Shown here piece by piece: positions 56,344 through 64,000 of a DNA stretch of 64,000 nt; positions within the stretch are counted from its first letter, which is position 1; every line of letters starts with the position of its first letter. Position numbers and translations under genes: made by a program. Below the pieces are notes generated by a model. It ran no database searches, was not told where the DNA came from, and saw only the letters and a program-made list of their open reading frames with translations. The stretch comes from Octopus vulgaris. Lineage: Eukaryota. The stretch is taken from contig OX597815.1 in assembly GCA_951406725.2 (NCBI GenBank), positions 7,750,001 to 7,814,000 on the forward strand. Direction: 5' to 3'.

Positions 56344-56644
56344 CCCTAAAATGTAGAGCAGTGTATACTAAAAATGGGGGATGCCGGTTTATGTGATTAC
56401 CTTAGTTTTGCTGTCCTTAAAAGGTTTAGCTGTATGTAGTATCTTCAGATACCAAAACCTGTTGGCCCAAGACTTCTTAAGAAAATGGAGGAGGAAATGC
56501 CCCACTACTCAAGGGTAACAGTCGGGGATTATCTCCCTTTGCTCTCGGATATAGACTACCGGCTGTGTCGCCATCTTGTGGGCTTCAAAACGCTAGCAGG
56601 AACCTCCTGCTGTGTCCCCACTATTAACTATGCCTCCAATATTA

Positions 56645-56921
56645 GGCGCAGGAGTGGCTGTGTGGAGACGCAGGAGTGGCTGTGTGGTAAGTTGCTTGCT
56701 AACCAACCACATGGTCCCGGGTTCAGTCCCACTGCGTGGCATCTTGGGTTATGTTATAGCCTTCTGTTATAGCCTCGGGCCGACCAAAGCCTTGTGAGTG
56801 GATTTGGTAGACGGAAATGTATTAGGACATGAAATGTAAAAGCCGGACTAGATTATTCTATGCGCAACTCAATTGTCTCCCGAGACAAAAAGGATGCCAA
56901 TATCAATATTATATATATATG

Positions 56922-56960
<39 letters not shown>

Positions 56961-57170
56961 GTGTCTGTGTTTGTCCCCCTAGCATTGCTTGACAACCGAT
57001 GCTGGTGTGTTTACGTCCCCGTCACTTAGCGGTTCGGCAAAAAAAAGAGGCCGATAGAATAAGTACTGGGCTTACAAAGAATAAGTCCCGGGGTCGATTT
57101 GCTCGACTAAAGTCGGTGCTCCAGCATGGCCGCAGTCAAATGACTGAAACAAGTAAAAGAGTAAAAGAGA
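56645..57170 (+). mobile_element. SINE family C nested in the PLE
   Basis: Duplicated head; internal foreign segment 56818-56905. Confidence 0.88.
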
Positions 57171-57345
57171 GTATTAAGATCATCCTAGTTAGCGCCCCTA
57201 GGACACGGGAAGAGGCAGAATGTTCATGCAGGGACCGCAACAGATGCCCGGTGGGAATCCACTGCGAAACCAAATGGGTCGTCTATGAAGCCAAAGTACT
57301 AGCAAAGCCTGGGAATACTACCGTTAGAAGCAGCAGTAGCCGTAC

Positions 57346-57612
57346 AGGGGTGGTGGTGACACCTGTTGTACTCTTTCGCACCGGCTTTCTCTCACTCTGT
57401 CTTCCTGTTTCCTGTCCCCGACTTCCTACGCAACCGCTGAACCTGGATGCGCATTCATCCATCCGTCGATGCTCTCGATGTCGGGGGTTGACCTGCTTTC
57501 TCTTCTGCGGGTCTTACAAATAGCAAAGGACCGCGTTTCGGACTTCTCCTACTACAGACAATCCTTAGGCGCGATCTTGCGAGCTCTGGGACGAAGACCG
57601 CTTCGCTCAACA
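57346..57612 (+). mobile_element. 5'-truncated SINE R2 (R head, alternative tail)
   Basis: Homologous to 58040-58310. Confidence 0.85.
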
Positions 57613-57912
57613 GCAACAGTAGCAGCCGTAGATACGAGAATAGAACCAGCAACATCGTCGCCATCGCCACAGTTAACAACAGTAACAACAATAACAATAA
57701 CAGCATCAGTGAGAGTATTGGCAGTTCCCCCGACGCCATCGACAGCAACAACAGTAACTGCAACATCGCCATAGGCAGCAGCATTGCCAACGTCTTCCCT
57801 AACGTCCACAGTAGCAGACCTGACAAATCCCGTTTAGCAGCAGCAATAGGTCCAGTGCCACCGCCAGCAATATCAGCAATGATAACAATAATGGCAACAG
57901 CAGCAGCAGCAG

Positions 57913-58312
57913 TGGAGGCGCAATGGCCCAGTGGTTAGGGCAGCGGACTAGCAGTCGGAGGATCGTGGTTTCGATTCCCAGACCGCACGTTGTGTGTGTT
58001 TATTGAGCGAAAACACCTAAAGTTCCACGAGGCTCCGGCAGGGGGTGGTGGCGACCCCTGTTGTACTCTTTCGCTCCAACTTTCTCTCACTCTTTCTTCC
58101 TGTTTCTTGTCCCCGACTTCCTACGCAACCGCTGAGCCTGGATGCGCATTCATCCATCCGTCGATGCTCTCGGTGTCGGGGGTTGACCTGCTTTCTCTTC
58201 TGCGGGTCTTACGAATAGCAAAGGACCATGTTTCGGACTTCTCCCACTACAGACAATCCTGAGGCGCGATCTTGCGAGCTCTGGGACGAAGACCGCTTCG
58301 CTCAACAAACAA
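57913..58312 (+). mobile_element. Full SINE R2: family R head with a different 3' module
   Basis: First ~190 bp match family R; tail ends GACGAAGACCGCTTCGCTCAACA; flanked by (AGC)4. Confidence 0.88.
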
Positions 58313-59058
58313 ATAAAGCAGCAGCAGCAACGATAGTGGCTCTACCAAAAGCATCAGCGAAACCACAGCTAATGACACCTCTAGCAGCAATGGCAACTCT
58401 CCCAATAATGACGAGGACCACAATAACAACAACAACAACACCTTCACCATATCCGGTAGTAGTGATACCATTACCGACGCCACCACCACCACCACCATCA
58501 TCACATCCAGCGACGCCAACAGCAGCAGTCCCAGCTCCAATAACAACGATGTCAGCGGAAGCAAAATCAACATCAGCAGATACAGATGCGGCGCCGACAA
58601 CACAAGCCCATTGGCTTTCCGGAAACTCTTTGAAGCAACGTCTCTCCAATCTCAGGTCCTCCTTCAGAGTTCCGGAAAGGAGATACGTGATATCACAGGC
58701 CAGCCACATCTGGCAACTAAGAGACGATGAGATTCCATACTCGATCTCATAGAAAATCCTCGAGAATCCAGGCCCCCTACATCAACGAGACAAAGCGTTG
58801 CAAGTTATGCATAGCTGAACAGGCGAAAATCCTAAAGGACCCACTCGAACTAGGGGAATGCTTAACTCCAGAACGGAGATTTTCGGGCCATATTTACATT
58901 TCAGGAGGATCCTGCTGGCTTCTTGGAGTCCACAAGATGGCGACACAGTTGGAAGTCTATACCCGACAGCAAAAAGAGATAATCCCCAATAGTTAGCTTT
59001 GAGTAGCGAGGCATTTCCTCCTCCATATTTTTAAGAAGTCTTGGGCCAACAGGTTTTA

Positions 59059-60900
59059 CTCAATGGATGTTCCACCGATGTTACCGTTGCTGGCATCGTG
59101 AGAAAAGATCGGGGTGATTCACGAAGACTCGGAATAATGTTTTTCAGTTTATGGTTGTCTATTTTTGTTATAGGCTTCCTGTCGATTAACTGATTAGAAG
59201 ATCCTTCACCATTTAGCACTGAACAATGCTATAAAATGACACGCAATTAGCTAGTAAAAATATTTTCCGATGAAAACAGCTATTGCCAGAGGAATGAAAA
59301 AATACCTGAAATTTTCTTTGCCGTTTCAAATCTTTCAAACCCTCAGTAACAGAATTTTCAATTACGCAGAAAAAAAATCACAGATGTGCGAAATGATTCT
59401 GAATATGTATCACAATCCTTGGCCTGTATTTTTTTTTTAATGACAACACTGGTTCCTGTCAAAAGATTTCTTTTGTTCCTTTCATTTAAATGTAGCTTGA
59501 TTTCAATTTCCAAACTAATATCAGCATTGCTTTGATTCTACCTTCAAAATGTTAAACTGATCTCGCAGCCTCTGTAGGTTTTCAGTGAACATTTCAAAGT
59601 TATCCTCTTAAAAAATGAACAGCAGCATCTCTTGATTGCAATACCATGTGCAAATTTATTGCAGATCGTACGGCCAGCAAAAATGTTGAACCAGACGGAT
59701 GGGGTAATTGTGCATCTAAAAGGGGACGAATTACTCCATTTCTGGTTTTTGGCTCCAAACTAAATTTCAGAACATCCTGCAATGCCAATTTGATATCTTC
59801 AGATCTTGCAAATGCTTTCAGTCAATCGATGTGGTTGACCACTGAGTAATTTATATACGGTGAAATGATTAACAGCTTCTGTGTATTAGGAGAATTTTGC
59901 CATCTTTTTGGACTTCAAGGAAAAATATTACATATACTACAAATTCAATGCATGACATTATTATGTATAGCCTTTGTAGTCCCGTATAGTTGGCTGCCAA
60001 TATTGGCACCATTATCATATCTTCGAAGAGAAAACCATTTTTATTCAATGTTTCCTTTGTCAAGCTTACGATCTCAGAACCTGTTTCTAACACCAATCTT
60101 CAAATGATAGAAATCTCTCACCAGTGTTAACCTCACAATCTATACTTTGGATGTAACGAATGATAAATGTTGTCTGTTCGACAATCAAGTGTTGCATCAG
60201 CTGCCAGTGAATGGTATTTTATCTTTGATCTTTGTCTGTTTCAAAACGAGAATGGAGCAAAGAGAAATAAATTCATTTTGTGATTCAGTTGACAAATAAT
60301 GTGTTTTCAACCTTTTCTCTTTCCCTGGCTCCCCACCCCGCCCCCCAATATAGGATTCAAGTACTTTTCTAACACGTTTTTTCCCCTCAGCCGCCATCCC
60401 AATGAGTCAAAAGTTCAAGCAACCCAACGAATTTATATTTGTGGACTTTGCAAATTAGATGACAGGCACCCGGAATGCTAACCATCTACCACCCACAAAT
60501 AAAATATCTGTTAAACGGTGTAAAATATTAGGTTAACCATATCTGCTTCAATTTGTTTACATAGAAAATATTCCATGCATGTGTTTGAATGAATTCTTTG
60601 TTCAAGTTCTGTCTATGATACAGAGTTCAATTCATACTAGTTATGACATCCTCGCCCAAAAGTTATGTCATATAAATCTTCTCCATAGACCCGTAGACAT
60701 TTCATTCATCGTTGTTGTAACTCATACATTAACTCCGTTATTTCCGAAGAGTCAGCGTGGAAAAGAAAATGTTACCTGTTCCATGACGCCTCTCACTAAC
60801 CAATCTCTCCCAGACATAAACAGAAAGGGAGTTTGGATCTCTGATTTCCTGAAAGATTGAAGTCAGATGGCGAAGGCTAACGGAGTCCTATCAGAAAAAA
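59059..60900 (-). mobile_element. hAT (ZMYM1/Tip100-like) transposase relic
   Basis: YLSTESQNEFI, DATLD, YDNGANI, LTMPATVTSVEHPLSK (ERSFSKL-like); many stops; upstream boundary approximate. Confidence 0.8.
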
Positions 60901-61427
60901 ATGTATTTGGTAATATGTAGAGTGCCACAATGACCGTTCTAGATCCCTTTTGGCTGTCACAATGTTGTCAGATACAGAGAAAATATACAATTGATACAGT
61001 AGCTCTGCAGACAACATGGCGATATCTATGTGTCCTAACAAAACTTAGACGCCATATATAATGAGCGAATGACAGTAACATGTGGTTTAAAACCAAATTA
61101 CTTTCACAGTCTCCATTACGGAAGGGAAATCCCTAACACGGTGTTCTAACTCGCTCCAAACAGAGAAACAATTCAAAATTCTGAGCATGTTCGAGTTAAG
61201 GACGGAACTATGGCTACAGATGCGTTTCTCTAAACGTATTATGAAATTGTTGTTAATCAGGTGAAGGCTCAAGAGTTGGATCCTGAGAACGCAGTAATCC
61301 CTTGTTTTGGATAGTGTTCCCAACTAGGGTCTCATAGCAGTCCAGGTACAATCTTTTGACTGGAAAGATGTTTTTTTTTAAACATCCACCAAATATAATA
61401 ATTGCTTCAATGCAGGGAGAGAGTTAT

Positions 61428-61663
61428 ATCTCTTTCTTTACTACCCACAAGGGGCTAAACACAGAGAGGACAAACAATGACAGACAAACAGATTAAGTTG
61501 ATTATATCGACCCCAGTACGTAACTGGTACTTATTTAATCGACCCCGAAAGGATGAAAGGCAAAGTCGACCTCGGCGGAATTTGAACTCAAAACGTAGCG
61601 GCAGACGAAATACCGCTAAGCATTTCGCCCGGCGTGCTAACGATTCTGCCAGCTCGCCGCCTT
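61428..61663 (-). mobile_element. SINE family M monomer
   Basis: Family match; flanked by GGGAGAGAGTTATATC-like duplication (61415 and 61664). Confidence 0.9.
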
Positions 61664-62119
61664 GGGAGAGAGTTATATCGATTACATCTACCCCATTACC
61701 TGACTGGTACTTGATTTCATCAATTCTAAAAGAATGAAAATTTCATTGGGAACGCTTCAACGCATTACGTTTCAACCTTTGAGAACGATACTCTAAAAGA
61801 ACAATATTCTTAGATTTTCTTTGACGTACAAGACTGAATCAAAAAGTACAATGATATCCTTTCCTTTTCTTCTTCAAACTTTCGCACGAGGAACAGGAGC
61901 TACTGGAGTTTGGAATTAAATGCATTTAAATAACCATCTCCGTGGCAATTCAAATTCATTTTTGAAAAATGTCAGATCAACCCTTTGCAGAAAGCTATAA
62001 TCGCAGCAGAGATGCCTTCACTAATTAGGTCAGCCAAGCAGAGGTAGCACGTACACTGATAAACCATACAAAAACATGGGCTTCTCGATATACACAGAGG
62101 CAACACAAAGTCAATTGAA

Positions 62120-62326
62120 CATTCAATTCCGATGACGGTGTTTCAAGCAACACACTTTATTTCACATTGCTCCAGGCCGTATTTAAAACGTATTTAAAAC
62201 GCCAACCATGTCACATTCGGTGTGTAACGCTGAATCTCCCCGAGAACTACGTTATGGGTACGCGTGTCTGTGGGGTACTGAGCCACTTGCATGTTAATTT
62301 CCCGAACGGGCTGTTCCATTGATCGG

Positions 62327-62328
<2 letters not shown>
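62120..62328 (+). mobile_element. Old CORE-like SINE sharing the family R tail
   Basis: ACGCTGAATCTCCCCGAGAACTACGTTA..GGCTGTTCC preceded by CACTTTATTTCACATTGCTCCAG. Confidence 0.6.
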
Positions 62329-62357
<29 letters not shown>

Positions 62358-64000
62358 TTAGAATGTGTGTCTGTCTGTCTGTCTGTTTCCCTAAAACTTG
62401 AGAACTACACAACCAATTTCATTCAAATTTTACACATGCCTTACTTAAGGTCCGGGGAGTGTCATCGGCAAAAATCTTAACTTTATCCCTAGGGCGACCC
62501 CAGAGCAATATCATATCTTCTCCACTATTTCAGTATTACGTGTTAAAAGTGAAACAAAAAACATCTCTCTTTTGTAATGCAGACAATTTCACTTTAATAC
62601 TGAAACTATTAAAGTGAAAGTATTATATAACAGGGATGAACCATTAACAATGGTCATCCATTTTGCTAGAAGAAGATCCGCTATGGTCTTATATGCTACA
62701 CCACTGGTTTTCAATTCATATTAATCAAATTAATAATCAATTTTTCACCCTTATTATGTGTGTGTGTGTGTATTAGCAATTCATATAAAATTGCATCAAT
62801 GACTTGAACTTGAATAAGTGGTTTCACATAAATGGGGATAAATTAAAAAGGTTTGTTGTTATTATTATTATTACTGTTTGACTATTGTAATCACGTTTGT
62901 TGGTTCCTCGTCAGGGAAACGTTGTTGTGTTGCATTTGTTAAATAATTGTAAATCGTAACTCTCCCCCTTTCGGTTATTGTTTTAAAATTGAATTGTGTC
63001 CCTGTTTGGGGAAATTGACAATATTTTCACCGTCTTTACGGAAGCATTTTTGTTAAAATGCCTTCGATAGAAGAAAGTCTAAAAATGAATTTCGCTGCAG
63101 CCGTACACTTCTATACAAGAGGGAGGACAAGATCCAATTGATCGAAATTGCAAGAGACGGGCGTACAATTCCAGTCTGTTATATATTTTGAGTATTGTTA
63201 TCACCAGCGATATCAAGATATAACTTTGTATTTTGTATTTTATGGGTAGATGTCTACATATAGATGTACATGTAATATGTACACATATATATACACATAT
63301 ATACATGCATAATATATCTACCCATACACACATACGCACACACACACATATACATAGGGGCAGGTGTGGCTGTGTGGTAACAAACTACGTTCCAAACACA
63401 TGGTCCTGGGTTCAGTCCCACTGTGTGGTGACTTGGCATGTGTCTTCTGCTGTAGCCTCAGACCAACAAAAGCCTTATCAGTGGATTTTGTACATATATA
63501 CAGGCATACATACATATATATACATGCATGCGTACATATTCGGCATAAACACTCTACCACTACAACTAATAACTGTTGGGAACACTCTCAAACTTGCCTT
63601 ACATTCGAACCGGAATCTCAACGCCCGAGTTTTCCATCTGAAGTTAATCTCTCTCATGGAGCTCATAAAAAAAGGGCAAGTCTTTGGGCCCATACAATGT
63701 GACATGTACACAATCGAGTGTCAAAAAAGGGGCCTTCCACATGCTCATATCCTGCTTTGGCTCTCAGCGAAGATCAATTCAAATGACATCGACAACATAA
63801 TCTCTGCAGAACTTCCTGATCCAGCTTTAGACAAAGAACTATACGAAATAGTTAAAGCAAACATGGTACATGGTCCATGTGGGCGTGGATTCAACATAAA
63901 CACACCATGCTTGAAGGACAGCATATGTTCAAAAAGATTTCCAAGGAGGTTCCTACAAGAAACTCAGACAGGTGCTGATGGGTATCCATCATAAAGACGC
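62329..64000 (+). mobile_element. Helitron derived from an autonomous element (5' end plus internal part; runs off window)
   Basis: TATATAAAA..(TGTC)n 5' end like the other Helitrons; Rep fragment downstream; SINE C head nested at 63356-63490. Confidence 0.7.
63560..63994 (+). pseudogene. Helitron Rep (HUH) fragment
   Basis: ARVFHLKL, YTIECQKRGLPHAHILLW, IISAELPDP, MVHGPCG, CSKRFPR, GYPS*RR (stop replaces the Y of GYPxYRR). Confidence 0.93.

Larger units (their letters stand above)
56455..59058 (+). mobile_element. 5'-truncated Penelope-like element with inverted terminal copy and split GIY-YIG endonuclease
   Basis: CSCRDRNRCPVGIHCETKWVVYEAKV (57220-57300); IG/LSGNSLKQRLSNLRSSF..SHIWQLRD..KRCKLCIAE (58610-58820); 56455-56610 is the reverse complement of 58902-59058. 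Confidence 0.88.

Noticed and set aside
57913-57990. tRNA gene
   Set aside because: tRNA-like head runs directly into a SINE body; same for all A/B-box hits here
61070-62080. Possible minus-strand LINE remnant
   Set aside because: No motif I could identify with confidence

Overview
Eukaryotic, AT-rich, repeat-saturated non-coding DNA. I found no convincing host protein-coding exon, rRNA, true tRNA or CRISPR array. The SINE families and very dense (ATAC)n/(TA)n/(CA)n/(TAA)n/(TTTC)n microsatellites look like an octopus (coleoid cephalopod) intron or intergenic region; that identification is inferred, not searched. Nearly all long ORFs in the track are translated microsatellites. The window holds: three tRNA-derived SINE families in many copies; decayed restriction-like-endonuclease (RLE) LINEs (R4/Dong-like, Hero-like) sitting in specific microsatellites; RTE and CR1/L2 fragments; Penelope-like element (PLE) pieces, including a split GIY-YIG region with inverted ends and about eight short hammerhead-ribozyme (HHR) motifs; two Tc1/mariner types; two hAT relics; and Helitrons (non-autonomous copies plus a Rep fragment). 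The most notable observations are the HHR-bearing pLTR-like elements with variant cores, SINE concatemers with an invariant hairpin junction, a ~400-nt foldback whose mismatches are mostly G.U on one strand, and partitioning of microsatellite targets among element families.
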